From the NCBI GenBank assembly GCA_031370005.1, contig JANMPT010000028.1:64001-128000 (forward strand): a stretch of 64,000 nt of DNA. The letters run 5' to 3'. The stretch comes from Bdellovibrionales bacterium. GTDB lineage: Bacteria; Bdellovibrionota; Bdellovibrionia; Bdellovibrionales; Bdellovibrionaceae. The translations under genes were made by a program, and so were the position numbers. Shown one piece after another: positions 35,396-46,447 of this stretch; the stretch's first letter is position 1, and each line of letters starts with the position of its first letter. A model generated the notes under the pieces. The model ran no database searches. It worked only from the letters and a program-made list of their open reading frames with translations, and was not told the DNA's origin.

Positions 35396-38217
35396 TGAGT
35401 TTGAATTTCATTCTGCGAGGTTTATTACTTAGTGTTCTACTCATTGTACAGTTATCAATGGCGATGGCCGCAGAGGCCCCCCATCGCAGTCTAAATATTT
35501 CTCTGCTCGCTCCAGAAATTCAAAAAGAACTAACTCAACGCTATCCCCAACTCAACAGCAATAAAATCACCTTAGACACTGTCGACGACATCATCCGTTT
35601 TCTGCAACTCCGTCCAGAGTTTGACTTGGTCCAGGTCATTGACCTTGGCAATGGCAACTTAAAGCTCAATACCGAACGCTCAACCCGTGTAAGTGGTATT
35701 AAGTTTGAAGGCCTACATGCAATCTCTGAGTCCGAATCTAAATTGCTTCTTGGTATCAATGTCAATAACGTGCTTAATCAGGATCAGTTGATTAATGGTG
35801 CGGAGAAGTTACGCCAACAATATAGTCAAATTGGTTATAGAAATGCTTCCATTGATATTGAGATTCCACCTGATGGAAAGGGCGATGTACAGCTCGTAGT
35901 TAAAGTCAAAGAAGGTGTACAGACTTTAACGGGGTCAATCACCTTCAGCTCCATAAATCCCGAACTTAATAAAGACTTAGAAAGTCGCTTGTCCAGGGAA
36001 AAAGGCTATCCCTTAACAGACGCACAGCTTGCTGAGATACATAAAAAAATCCGTGATTATTTGAATTCTAAATTCTTTATCCGCACAGAAATTAAAGGTC
36101 CGGAAGTCACTTTTAATACCGACGAATCAAAGGCCCAGTTGGCATTCACACTTGAAAAAGTAGATTCCTACCGCATCGAATACCTTGGCAATCGTGAAAT
36201 CACAACGTCGACCTTGGATAACTCCTTGGATGTTGGAAACTTCTATTCGGCAAATCCAAATATTGGGTCTGAGTTGGCTTCAAAAATTAAAAATCTTTAC
36301 TTATCACGTGGTTTTGCCCGCGCTGAAGTTCAAAGTGAAGAAGGCGGAGGCCATAAACCCTTCACGCGTAAAATTAGCTTCAATATCGAAGAAGGACCTA
36401 AGGTCAAAATTACACAATTTAATATCTCGGGAAGCATTTCACGACCACCCGAGTACTACATAAAGCTTCTAAAAAAACAAAATTCAGATTTACTACAAAG
36501 AGGTTACTATAATAAAATAGAATTGGATCAGAGTTTTGAGGCCCTACGGATTGAGTTGCAAAATCAGGGCTACCTCTTAGCCCGTATTAACTCTACTCGG
36601 ACTCAGTACAACAAAGAAAAAAACCAGGTTTCAGTCTACCTCAACCTTGATGAAGGCCCCCTTACTCAGATAGAAAATATTCAATTTACAGGCAACGAAA
36701 CCGTGCCTGCACCAGAGCTCTTAAAGGTTATTGGTCTTCAGAAAAATCAGGCTTTGCGCTTGGCCGAACTCGAAAAAGCAATTCAGAGTCTCAAGATCTA
36801 TTACCATGAAAAAGGCTATATCGATATGGTTCTGCTGAATGAAAAAGAAGATCTTGTCACTTATAACGAAAACAATACGCAAGCAAAATTAAATTTCAAA
36901 ATTTATGAAGGTCCCCTCGTACGCATTGCAAGTATTGTATTAGACGGCAATACGTTCACCAAAGACTATGTTCTTTTGAAAGAAATTGACCTGCAAGCTG
37001 GTGATACCCTGACTCCCTCGAAGTTGGACGAAGCCGTCGCAAGACTTCAACGTACGGGTTATTTTAATACCGTGGACATAAAAACTCTTGAAGAAAAAAC
37101 CAGCGTCGCCAATCGCACACTCGTCATTAAGGTAACTGAAAGAGACCCCGGCCTCTTTACTCTTGGTGCCGGCGCCAACAGCGATCTGGGACTAACTCTC
37201 AAAGGCTATACAGGCCTTGCATATAATAATCTCATGGGAACCGGACGTGGGGTCTCTTTACGTCTTGAGGGAAATTACAACGTCAACGAAATCAAATACC
37301 TCGAGTCCAAAGTGACTCTCGGCTATGTTGAGCCTTACTTATTTGGCTCGAAAATTCGTGGCCGCGTGAATCTGACTCGATCGAGCCAACTCACTGATTA
37401 TTACACTAAAAAAGTCTCTGACATTAATCAAACTACTTGGTCTCTGGAAAAAGATTTAACCTCCCATGTGACAATTATTTATGAAATTTGGAATGGCGCC
37501 CACCTTCAAGATTTTTTCTTGAACCCCGCGCCGGGAACCCCAAAGCCAGAGCCACAGGACATCGTCACCACCGGCCCACGTCTTGATATTGATTACCGAG
37601 ACAATCCTTTCAATCCAACGAAGGGAAGCTTCACAACACTTTCTTATGAGTACTCCTCCCCGGAAATCGGAAGTTCACGCCAAGGTGAAATCAAATTCCA
37701 AAGGGCAACGGGTTCCTTCACTCATTATTTACGCGTCCCTTATCTCAAAGGTGATTTTATGGTTTGGGCCAACTCGGTGCGCGGCGGCTACTTGGAAAAC
37801 TTAAGTCAAGGCCGCGGCGCTACAGACGGTGTTCCTTACGATAAAAAAGGATTTTATTTAGGCGGCAGCTCGACAGTTCGAGGTTTCAATGGAACCACAC
37901 AATATTTTCCAACTTATGGCCAGTTAGGTATTCAATCAACAGAGACCTTTTACCTTAAAGCAATTGCAACCATGTATTTAGTGAAGTCCGAATTGCGCTT
38001 CCCAATTTCTGGAAACTTCGGAGGAGCAATATTCTATGATGGCGGGGCTGTTCACATTGAGAATCGAGATTTTGTCGATGAGTATCGAGATGCCGCAGGC
38101 TTTGGTTTTCACTACAACACCCCAGTGGGACCAATAAACCTCGAAATCGCCTGGAAACTCGATGCAAAGCCTGGCGAAGACCCTTATGCAGTGCACTTAT
38201 CAATAGGCAGCTTTTAG
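35395..38217 (+). CDS. tamA: Omp85-family (TamA/BamA-like) outer-membrane protein with multiple POTRA domains
   Basis: POTRA repeats; barrel motifs FYLGGSSTVRGF and YNTPVGPI; C-terminal IGSF. Confidence 0.85.
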   Translation: MSLNFILRGLLLSVLLIVQLSMAMAAEAPHRSLNISLLAPEIQKELTQRYPQLNSNKITLDTVDDIIRFLQLRPEFDLVQVIDLGNGNLKLNTERSTRVSGIKFEGLHAISESESKLLLGINVNNVLNQDQLINGAEKLRQQYSQIGYRNASIDIEIPPDGKGDVQLVVKVKEGVQTLTGSITFSSINPELNKDLESRLSREKGYPLTDAQLAEIHKKIRDYLNSKFFIRTEIKGPEVTFNTDESKAQLAFTLEKVDSYRIEYLGNREITTSTLDNSLDVGNFYSANPNIGSELASKIKNLYLSRGFARAEVQSEEGGGHKPFTRKISFNIEEGPKVKITQFNISGSISRPPEYYIKLLKKQNSDLLQRGYYNKIELDQSFEALRIELQNQGYLLARINSTRTQYNKEKNQVSVYLNLDEGPLTQIENIQFTGNETVPAPELLKVIGLQKNQALRLAELEKAIQSLKIYYHEKGYIDMVLLNEKEDLVTYNENNTQAKLNFKIYEGPLVRIASIVLDGNTFTKDYVLLKEIDLQAGDTLTPSKLDEAVARLQRTGYFNTVDIKTLEEKTSVANRTLVIKVTERDPGLFTLGAGANSDLGLTLKGYTGLAYNNLMGTGRGVSLRLEGNYNVNEIKYLESKVTLGYVEPYLFGSKIRGRVNLTRSSQLTDYYTKKVSDINQTTWSLEKDLTSHVTIIYEIWNGAHLQDFFLNPAPGTPKPEPQDIVTTGPRLDIDYRDNPFNPTKGSFTTLSYEYSSPEIGSSRQGEIKFQRATGSFTHYLRVPYLKGDFMVWANSVRGGYLENLSQGRGATDGVPYDKKGFYLGGSSTVRGFNGTTQYFPTYGQLGIQSTETFYLKAIATMYLVKSELRFPISGNFGGAIFYDGGAVHIENRDFVDEYRDAAGFGFHYNTPVGPINLEIAWKLDAKPGEDPYAVHLSIGSF

Positions 38218-38314
38218 ATTAACGCGCCACGCAGCACGTGACTAAACCCAAGGTTTTTCGTACCTCTATTCGTTCTGAAAATCTTAAACAAATTCAACGA
38301 CGGAGTTTTTTAAA

Positions 38315-40375
38315 ATGACAAGTGATTCTTTGCTGTTAGTTCCAGCAATCGCCGGAGCTGTGGGTCTTGTTCTTGCCCTGATTTTGTATTTCCGTGTGAA
38401 GTCTCAACCAACTGGCAATGAGACAATGAACCGCATTGCTCAATATATTCGTGAAGGCTCTATGGCCTTCTTATCCCGTGAGTATAAAGTGTTGGCTGGC
38501 TACGCCGCAGTCGTGAGCTTAGTCCTTGGTTTTTCTTTGGGATGGCTCTCTGCTGGCTGCTTCGTTTTAGGTGCTTTTTTAAGTCTTCTGGCCGGTTTCT
38601 TCGGTATGAAAGCCGCAACCTATGCCAATATTCGTACAACACAAGCAGCTGCCAGTGGCTCCAAATCAAAAGCCCTTCTTGTGGCCCTAGACGGTGGAGC
38701 AGTGATGGGTCTTTCCGTTGCCGGTCTTGGTCTTTTGGGCCTAGGTATCCTTTTCCAAATTTACAACGGTACTCCTGAGGTTGGCACTGTCCTTCACTCT
38801 TTTGCTGTTGGCGCTTCTTCCATTGCTCTTTTTGCCCGTATCGGTGGTGGTATCTATACAAAAGCTGCAGATGTAGGAGCTGACATTGCTGGCAAGGTCA
38901 TCGAAGGCATTCCCGAGGACGATCCTAGAAATCCAGGTGTTGTTGCCGACAACGTCGGTGACAACGTCGGTGACGTTGCCGGCATGGGTGCAGATATTTA
39001 TGAATCCATGGTTGCAGCAATCGTTGCGGCAATGGCAATTGCCCTGACGGCCCCTGTAGAAACTCTCCAAGCTTTAACTGCGAATACAGAGATTCTGAGA
39101 ACATCTGCGATCTTCCTGCCTTTGGGTCTCTCCGCTTTAGGTATGCTCATCTCAATCTTTGTGATTTTTATCACTCGTCTATTCTGCAGTTCCGCTCCTG
39201 CGACAGTTTTGAGAAATGCGTTGCTCATTCCTCCAGTTATATTGACCCTTGCCTCTTACATCTTGATGCCAATCTATGACTTGAACCAAACAGTGACTGT
39301 TGCTTTGGCGGCAGGTGCCATCGGTGGCGCTTTGATTGGCTTGATCACTGAGTATTACACCGCAGCTCGACCTATTAGACTTGTTGCTGAAGCTTCCCTA
39401 ACTGGAGCAGGTACAAACGTTATTCGCGGCCTAGCTATTGGCATGGAGTCCGTAGCTATTCCAATGTTGATTGTTGTGGTTGCAGCTTTTATTGCAGATC
39501 GCGTTTTGGGCCTATATGGAATCGCCCTTGCTGCCGTGGGCATGCTGGCTGGAACTGCCGTTGTCATGACTGTGGATGCCTACGGTCCTATTGCTGACAA
39601 TGCGGGCGGTATTTCCGAAATGTCTGGTCTCGGAAAAAATGTTCGCGACATCACCGACGAGCTCGATGCGGTTGGAAATACAACAGCGGCAATTGGCAAA
39701 GGTTTTGCGATTGGCTCTGCGATCTTGACTGTGGTCGCACTTTTTTCTGCCTTCAATATGGAGGTAAATCACACACGAGCTTTGGCGGGTCTTGCCAACA
39801 TCAATTTGGATTTGACCTCTTCAGGAGTTTTAATCGGCTTGTTGATCGGCGCGATCCTTCCTTTCCTTGTTGGCGCAACAACAATGACTGCTGTTGGTAA
39901 GGCAGCTCAAAAAATTGTGACTGAAATCGGCCGCCAATTCAAAGAAATCCCAGGCCTTCTTCAAGGCACAGCAGATCCAGAGCCTGCTAAGATTGTAGAT
40001 ATCGCGACAAAGGCCGCTTTGATTGAAATGATCATTCCAGGTATGATTGCGGTTCTTGCTCCGGTGCTTATTGGCTTCTTGCTGGGCCCGACGGGTCTTG
40101 CCGGAATGCTTGCTGGCGCACTGGCAGTAGGCGCAACTATGTCATTATTCATGGCAAATGCTGGTGGAGCTTGGGACAACGCTAAAAAATATATCGAAAA
40201 AGGGAAGCTTCCAGGCCACAAAAAAGGCTCTGACGCTCATAAAAATGCTGTTGTTGGTGACACGGTGGGTGACCCCTTCAAAGACACTTCGGGCCCAGGC
40301 GTTGCGATCCTGATCAAAGTAATGAGTGTAGTTTCTCTTCTTATTGCTGGTTTGATTGCCACAATCGGCGGCTAA
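38315..40375 (+). CDS. hppA: Membrane-bound ion-translocating pyrophosphatase, K+-dependent type
   Basis: [39 protein letters not shown] and [10 protein letters not shown] motifs. Confidence 0.95.
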   Translation: MTSDSLLLVPAIAGAVGLVLALILYFRVKSQPTGNETMNRIAQYIREGSMAFLSREYKVLAGYAAVVSLVLGFSLGWLSAGCFVLGAFLSLLAGFFGMKAATYANIRTTQAAASGSKSKALLVALDGGAVMGLSVAGLGLLGLGILFQIYNGTPEVGTVLHSFAVGASSIALFARIGGGIYTKAADVGADIAGKVIEGIPEDDPRNPGVVADNVGDNVGDVAGMGADIYESMVAAIVAAMAIALTAPVETLQALTANTEILRTSAIFLPLGLSALGMLISIFVIFITRLFCSSAPATVLRNALLIPPVILTLASYILMPIYDLNQTVTVALAAGAIGGALIGLITEYYTAARPIRLVAEASLTGAGTNVIRGLAIGMESVAIPMLIVVVAAFIADRVLGLYGIALAAVGMLAGTAVVMTVDAYGPIADNAGGISEMSGLGKNVRDITDELDAVGNTTAAIGKGFAIGSAILTVVALFSAFNMEVNHTRALAGLANINLDLTSSGVLIGLLIGAILPFLVGATTMTAVGKAAQKIVTEIGRQFKEIPGLLQGTADPEPAKIVDIATKAALIEMIIPGMIAVLAPVLIGFLLGPTGLAGMLAGALAVGATMSLFMANAGGAWDNAKKYIEKGKLPGHKKGSDAHKNAVVGDTVGDPFKDTSGPGVAILIKVMSVVSLLIAGLIATIGG

Positions 40376-40486
40376 GCCGCCGGCCAGGGATCTAGAAACT
40401 GCCACGACTTTTCTGCATTATAGGACGTAAAGAGCACAACTCCGCGAAAATGGGGTGCTAGTCTTTCCCTGTAACAGGAGGTCTTT

Positions 40487-41176
40487 ATGATATCTCGTTT
40501 AATTTTGATACTCTCCGTTTTTATGTTGGTAAGCACGAATGTGCTTGCCGCTGATAATAAAGCCCAGCTTGACGACTTGATGACGCCAGATGAGCTGGCT
40601 GCTGAGATTGGAAATACGCAATCGACAGACTTGAGCCCTCAAGTAGAGCCTTTTACTGCCGAACAGATTTTCGACGCCTATGGTGTCGATGTCTATGCGG
40701 AGTTTCCCGTAGTCATAGTCATCAATAAAAACTTCCAGACTGCCACTGTTTACCAAAATGGCTACCAAGTAAATTCCTTCCTAGTCTCCACAGGGCGGGA
40801 GCGTTGGGAGACCGCGAAGTCAGGTAGACAATACTTTACGTCAACACCGTCGGGATGGTTTGCGCCACAAAGCTACGTTCGCAATCACTGGTCTAATACC
40901 TGGGCTGCCCTCATGGAATATGCCATTTTTTTTAATGGTGGTGTGGCTCTTCATGCAACAACTCCAGATCACTATAAGGAGTTAGGCCACACAGCCTCTG
41001 GAGGCTGTGTTCGCATGTATAAGGACGATGCAGCGTGGTTCTGGAACTTATCACTCGCTAATAAGACGGCAAATGTTCCTTACTTCACTCGCAGTGGTCA
41101 GTTACTCAGAAATAGAGATGGTAGCATCAAACATCACGCAGCTTCAGGAACCCTTGTTATTGTTAGCTCGAATTAA
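40487..41176 (+). CDS. L,D-transpeptidase (YkuD family), secreted
   Basis: Signal peptide; VSTG…TPSG and 'ALHAT…LGHTASGGCVRM' catalytic motif. Confidence 0.88.
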   Translation: MISRLILILSVFMLVSTNVLAADNKAQLDDLMTPDELAAEIGNTQSTDLSPQVEPFTAEQIFDAYGVDVYAEFPVVIVINKNFQTATVYQNGYQVNSFLVSTGRERWETAKSGRQYFTSTPSGWFAPQSYVRNHWSNTWAALMEYAIFFNGGVALHATTPDHYKELGHTASGGCVRMYKDDAAWFWNLSLANKTANVPYFTRSGQLLRNRDGSIKHHAASGTLVIVSSN

Positions 41177-41287
41177 ATTTAGCTAGGATGGGGGCCATTT
41201 GATTCGCAGCTTCCAAGTGGCCCTTCTTGACGCGTTTATCTCCTGGAGATAGCTTGGGTTGTTTACTCAACTCCAAGGACGACCTCA

Positions 41288-42796
41288 ATGAAAAAACATT
41301 CTGTTCGCGTTTATCCCTCCAAAGAGCAACTTAACCGCAAAGATCAACTTGCCTGGAAAATGGCCGAAATTGCTTCAGACAATGCTCCAATTAAAGCCAA
41401 TGTTCTTGATATGGTAATCAATCGTATGATCGACAATGCCTCTGTTGCCATGGCAGCCGCTAATCGTCACCCCGTGGCCTCTGCTCGAGCGATGGCCATT
41501 GCTCACCCTCGCGCCAAGGGAGCCACGGTATTTGGTATGCCGAATGATCAAAAATTTGACTGTGAATGGGCCGCTTGGGCAAACGGAACCGCCGTTCGTG
41601 AGCTCGACTATCACGATACTTTTCTAGCTGCTGATTACTCCCACCCAGGCGACAATATTCCGCCAATACTTGCCGTGGCCCAACAAATGAATAAAGGCGG
41701 CAAGGACTTACTCCGTGGCATAGTGACGGGTTATGAACTTCACGTCGACCTGGTCAAAGCCATTTGTCTTCATGAATTCAAAAAAGACCATATTGCTCAC
41801 TTATGCCCAGCACAAGCAGCTGGTATCGGAGCACTATTAAGTCTTCCAACTGAAACTATTTTCCAAGCCATCCAGCAAGCGGTTCACGTTTCTTTCACGA
41901 CACGCCAATCCCGCAAAGGGGAAATTTCTTCCTGGAAAGCATATGCTCCTGCACACGCAGGAAAATTGGCAATTGAAGCTGTTGACCGGGTCATGCGTGG
42001 CGAGGGCGCTCCGTCTCCAATTTACGAAGGTGAAGATTCTGTAATTGCTTACATGCTTTCTGGTAAAAATGGAAAATACGAGGTCCCATTACCAGAAGTA
42101 GGCGAAGAAAAATGTGCAATCCTTGAAACATATACCAAAGAACACTCAGCTGAGTATCAGTCACAAGCCTTGATCGACTTAGCATCACGCATGAAAACAA
42201 AAATTAACAACTACGATGATATCACGAAGATCATAATCCACACGTCACATCATACACACTATGTGATTGGCACCGGCGCCAATGATCCACAAAAAATGGA
42301 GCCAACCGCTTCCCGTGAGACGCTTGATCACTCAATCATGTATATCTTCGCGGTAGCGCTCCAAGATGGTGTTTGGCACCATGTGAAATCTTACGAGCCC
42401 TCTCGTGCTCAACGACCTGATACTGTGGCTTTATGGCATAAAATATCTACAGTTGAAGATTCGAAGTGGACTGAGGCTTATCACAATTCAGACCCGGATA
42501 AAAAACGTTTCGGTGGCCGAGTTGAAATCTTTTTTAAAAATGGCACGACACTTGTGGATGAATTAGGGTTGGCAAATGCCCACCCTGCGGGCGCAAAACC
42601 ATTCAAACGTGCTGACTACATCCGCAAATTCGATATGCTCACTGAGGAAATCATCACTAAAGACGAACGCAATCGCTTCGTCTCATTAGTCGAAAATCTG
42701 GCAGATCTGACTCCTGCGCAAGTTCAGCAAATCAACGTGCAAATCCCATTGGACAGACTTGTAAATAACAAACGCGATACTCAAGGGATTTTCTAA
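41288..42796 (+). CDS. prpD: 2-methylcitrate dehydratase
   Basis: RELDYHDT…SHPGDN, SSWK and SRETLDHSI motifs; operon with prpB and prpC. Confidence 0.93.
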   Translation: MKKHSVRVYPSKEQLNRKDQLAWKMAEIASDNAPIKANVLDMVINRMIDNASVAMAAANRHPVASARAMAIAHPRAKGATVFGMPNDQKFDCEWAAWANGTAVRELDYHDTFLAADYSHPGDNIPPILAVAQQMNKGGKDLLRGIVTGYELHVDLVKAICLHEFKKDHIAHLCPAQAAGIGALLSLPTETIFQAIQQAVHVSFTTRQSRKGEISSWKAYAPAHAGKLAIEAVDRVMRGEGAPSPIYEGEDSVIAYMLSGKNGKYEVPLPEVGEEKCAILETYTKEHSAEYQSQALIDLASRMKTKINNYDDITKIIIHTSHHTHYVIGTGANDPQKMEPTASRETLDHSIMYIFAVALQDGVWHHVKSYEPSRAQRPDTVALWHKISTVEDSKWTEAYHNSDPDKKRFGGRVEIFFKNGTTLVDELGLANAHPAGAKPFKRADYIRKFDMLTEEIITKDERNRFVSLVENLADLTPAQVQQINVQIPLDRLVNNKRDTQGIF

Positions 42797-43698
42797 TGCT
42801 GTTTCCAGAAGTTACTCCCTCACAAAAACGTAAAAATTTCCGCGATCAATTAAAATCCGGAAGGCTCTTGCAATTTCCAGGCTCATGGTCACCATTGGTA
42901 AGTATGGCGATCGAAAAAGAGGGCTTTGACGGAGTTTATATTTCCGGCTCTGTGCTTTCAAATGATCTTGGTTATCCTGACATTGGCTTGACGACTTTGA
43001 CAGAAGTGGCAAATCGTGGACGCCAAATTGCTCGTACAACTAAATTACCAACCATCATTGATATCGACACTGGCTTCGGCGAACCTATGAGTGCCACCCG
43101 CACGGTGCAAGAAATGATCGAGATGGGGCTTGCAGGTTGCCATATTGAAGATCAAATCAATCCAAAACGTTGTGGTCACCTTGATGGCAAAAGCATCGTG
43201 GAAACACAGGATATGGTTCGCAAGGTGGCCGCAGCAGCCCGCGGTAAAAAGCTTGATGAGAATTTTCTTTTGATCGCCCGCACGGACGCTAGAGCTGTCG
43301 AGGGCCTAGACAAAGCCATCGACAGAGCCAAAGCCTATATCGATGCGGGGGCAGATTGCATTTTCACTGAGGCCCTTGAAAGCGAAAAGGAATTTGAAAC
43401 TTTCCGTAAAGCTGTCAAAGTTCCGCTCCTCGCGAATATGACTGAATTCGGAAAAGGCCATTTGTATACTTACCAACAACTTTCAGATTTGGGCTACAAT
43501 ATCGTGATCTATCCGGTTACAACTTTCCGACTTGCCATGGGGGCAACAGTTGCAGGACTTGCTGAAATCAAAGCCAAGGGTAGCCAAGAAGGTCTTTTGG
43601 ATAAAATGCAACATCGCAAGGACTTGTACACCCTGACTCGTTATGAAGAATACAATAATTTCGACACTAGTATCTTTAACTTCACCCTTAAGAAATAA
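42796..43698 (+). CDS. prpB: Methylisocitrate lyase
   Basis: DIDTGFG, IEDQ…KRCGH, ARTDA and LANMTEFGK motifs. Confidence 0.94.
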   Translation: MLFPEVTPSQKRKNFRDQLKSGRLLQFPGSWSPLVSMAIEKEGFDGVYISGSVLSNDLGYPDIGLTTLTEVANRGRQIARTTKLPTIIDIDTGFGEPMSATRTVQEMIEMGLAGCHIEDQINPKRCGHLDGKSIVETQDMVRKVAAAARGKKLDENFLLIARTDARAVEGLDKAIDRAKAYIDAGADCIFTEALESEKEFETFRKAVKVPLLANMTEFGKGHLYTYQQLSDLGYNIVIYPVTTFRLAMGATVAGLAEIKAKGSQEGLLDKMQHRKDLYTLTRYEEYNNFDTSIFNFTLKK

Positions 43699-43716
43699 GG
43701 CTGCTAAGGAGCAAAT

Positions 43717-44901
43717 ATGGCTGAGTATATCAATCCCGACTACGTACCCGAACCAGAGAAAATGAACGTCAAAAAAGGTCTTGAAGGCGCGGTGATCGAC
43801 ACCACTTCAGTATCGAAAGTAAATCCTGATACGAATTCTTTGGTCTACCGTGGCTACCCCGTTCAAGATTTGGCAGAAAACTGCTCTTTCGAAGAGGTCG
43901 CATACTTAATGTACAACAGTGAACTTCCGGACGCGACAGAGCTAGCAAACTTCACAAAAAAAGAACGCGGCTATCGTGAAATTTCTAAAACATTGCTGGG
44001 TGTGATAAAATCACTTCCAACAAAATGCCACCCAATGGATGCCATCCGCACTGCCGTTTCATTCCAGGGCTGCGAAGACCCACGTATCTGGGATTCCTCT
44101 CCAGCAACAGACATGGATAAAGCAATCCAATTACTTGCAAAAATTCCGACAATGGTTGCCGCTGACTATCGCTTCAAAAAGGGTTTAGATTTTATTCCTC
44201 CAAACTCTGATTTAAGTATCGCTGAGAATTTCTTTCATATGTGCTTCGGCAAAGTTCCACAAAAAGAAATCGTAAAGGCCTTTGACGTTTCATTAATCCT
44301 TTACGCTGAACATAGCTTCAATGCTTCGACTTTTACGGCACGAGTTGTGACTTCAACTCAGTCAGACCTGTACTCGGCAACGGTGGCCGGCATCGGTGCT
44401 CTGAAGGGCCCTTTGCACGGCGGTGCAAATGAACAAGTGATGCACATGATGATCGAAATCGCTGACCCAGCAAAAGCAGAGCAATGGATGATCGATGCCT
44501 TGACACAAAAACGCAAAGTCATGGGCTTCGGCCACAGGGTTTACAAATCTGGGGATTCACGCGTCCCTACGATGAAAAAATATGCCCAGGTCATGGCCGA
44601 CGTTATTGGCGAACAAAAATGGATGAAAATGTACAACTCACTTGAAAAAGTGATGGTCGATAAAAAGAAAATCTATCCAAATCTCGATTTCCCAGCGGGT
44701 CCGGCCTACTATATGATGGGATTTGAAATCGATTTCTTCACTCCGATTTTTGTGATGGCACGAACCACTGGCTGGTCAGCACATATCATGGAGCAAGCGG
44801 CGAACAATCGTATCATTCGACCACTGAGCGAGTATATTGGTCATGAACAACGCAAAGTGATTAGCATCAAAGAAAGAGTCACCACTCCAGCTCACCGATA
44901 G
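43717..44901 (+). CDS. prpC: 2-methylcitrate/citrate synthase
   Basis: EHSFNASTF, GPLHGGANE, MGFGHRVY and YPNLDF motifs. Confidence 0.92.
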   Translation: MAEYINPDYVPEPEKMNVKKGLEGAVIDTTSVSKVNPDTNSLVYRGYPVQDLAENCSFEEVAYLMYNSELPDATELANFTKKERGYREISKTLLGVIKSLPTKCHPMDAIRTAVSFQGCEDPRIWDSSPATDMDKAIQLLAKIPTMVAADYRFKKGLDFIPPNSDLSIAENFFHMCFGKVPQKEIVKAFDVSLILYAEHSFNASTFTARVVTSTQSDLYSATVAGIGALKGPLHGGANEQVMHMMIEIADPAKAEQWMIDALTQKRKVMGFGHRVYKSGDSRVPTMKKYAQVMADVIGEQKWMKMYNSLEKVMVDKKKIYPNLDFPAGPAYYMMGFEIDFFTPIFVMARTTGWSAHIMEQAANNRIIRPLSEYIGHEQRKVISIKERVTTPAHR

Positions 44902-46447
44902 CGGATTTTATGGTCTGCATGATTTCGCCCCTATCCATCATGCCACGGATCGCCTCAACGTCTTTTGCGAAATAACGATCTTCTTTCGCAAAAGGCACTT
45001 GCAGGCGAATATGGTCATAAACCGCTTTTACAGCAGCTGTTGGTTTAAGCGGAGCAATCAGGTCCAGAGCCTGGCAGGCAGAAAGCATTTCCATTGCGAT
45101 AACATTTTCAGCATTGCGAAGAATTTTCTCAAACTTCCTGGCTGCGATCGTGCCCATAGAAACGTGATCTTCTTTTTCTGCTGAGGTTGGAATGGAGTCC
45201 ACACTCGCCGGATGGGCAAGCACCTTGTTCTCACTTACTAAAGACGCCGCTGCAACCTGCACAATCATGTGTCCGGAGTTCAAGCCGCCGTTTGGAGTCA
45301 AAAAAGCGGGAAGCTCGCTCATTTGCGGAGAAATCAATTTCGAAATACGACACTCACTGATACTTGCCTGAGAAGAAATTGCAATCCCAGCAAAATCCAT
45401 AGCATGTGCCACAGGCATTCCATGAAAGTTTCCACAGGACAAAACCTTATTGTCATCAACAAAAACCAAGGGGTTGTCCGTACTCGAATTCGCCTCGGTC
45501 TCAAGAACTTTCACAATATAACGAAGGGCATCTTTAGCCGCGCCGTGAACTGCTGGCATACACCGAAGACTATAAGCATCTTGCACGCGATGATCGTCAG
45601 AAATGTGGCTTTGGCCGATCTCACTTTTTGTGCCCATGAGCTTTAAAAGATTACGCGCTGTTTTTGCTTCGCCAGGATGTGGACGAGTCGCACTGATCAG
45701 TGGATCAAACGGTTTGCGAGAACCGCGAAGACCTTCTAAGGACATTGCTCCCGCAAGATCTGCCATCCATAAAAGACGTCGAGCCTCCCAGGCAGCTAAA
45801 AGACCAATAGCCGTCATCACTTGGCAACCATTGATCATTGAAAGGCCTTCTTTAGCCCTCAACTCAAGAGCTTGAATTTTTTTCTCAGCCAATACGGTTT
45901 TCACCGAAACAATCTGACCATTTTGCCAAACCTCGCCCTCGCCGATTACGGCAAGAGCTAAATGAGCCAGCGGAGCCAAGTCACCACTGGCTCCCACCGA
46001 TCCCTGACATGGAATTACAGGAATAATATCCATATTTAAAAACTCGAGGATCTTATCAACCACCACTGGGCGAATACCGCTATGTCCGCGAGCTAAGGCA
46101 TTCGCCCGTAAAACCATCATTGCGCGTGACTGAGTTTTGGTGAAGGGCTCACCAACTCCAGCAGAGTGAGATCGAATCAAATTGCGTTGTAGTTTTTCAA
46201 TATCCGAATCGGAAATACGTACAGAAGAAAAAGCACCAAAACCCGTATTCACGCCATATATTACCTCACCGTTTTTAATACGGCCCTCGATGTAATCGCG
46301 ACTTTTTTGCATCTCCGTGCGGGCCTTTGCCGCAAGCTCTACCTTGATCTCAGGTTTATTTGCAATTTCATAAAGATTTTCAAGAGTGAGACTCTCACCT
46401 GTTAATACCAGCACAAAAGGAGCAAGTTCAGATTTTCCAGTGCTCAT
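44879..46447 (-). CDS. hutH: Histidine ammonia-lyase
   Basis: YGVNTGFG, GSVGASGDLAPL (MIO-forming ASG), QDAYSLRC and GNFHG motifs. Confidence 0.95.
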   Translation of the reverse strand: MSTGKSELAPFVLVLTGESLTLENLYEIANKPEIKVELAAKARTEMQKSRDYIEGRIKNGEVIYGVNTGFGAFSSVRISDSDIEKLQRNLIRSHSAGVGEPFTKTQSRAMMVLRANALARGHSGIRPVVVDKILEFLNMDIIPVIPCQGSVGASGDLAPLAHLALAVIGEGEVWQNGQIVSVKTVLAEKKIQALELRAKEGLSMINGCQVMTAIGLLAAWEARRLLWMADLAGAMSLEGLRGSRKPFDPLISATRPHPGEAKTARNLLKLMGTKSEIGQSHISDDHRVQDAYSLRCMPAVHGAAKDALRYIVKVLETEANSSTDNPLVFVDDNKVLSCGNFHGMPVAHAMDFAGIAISSQASISECRISKLISPQMSELPAFLTPNGGLNSGHMIVQVAAASLVSENKVLAHPASVDSIPTSAEKEDHVSMGTIAARKFEKILRNAENVIAMEMLSACQALDLIAPLKPTAAVKAVYDHIRLQVPFAKEDRYFAKDVEAIRGMMDRGEIMQTIKSAIGELEW

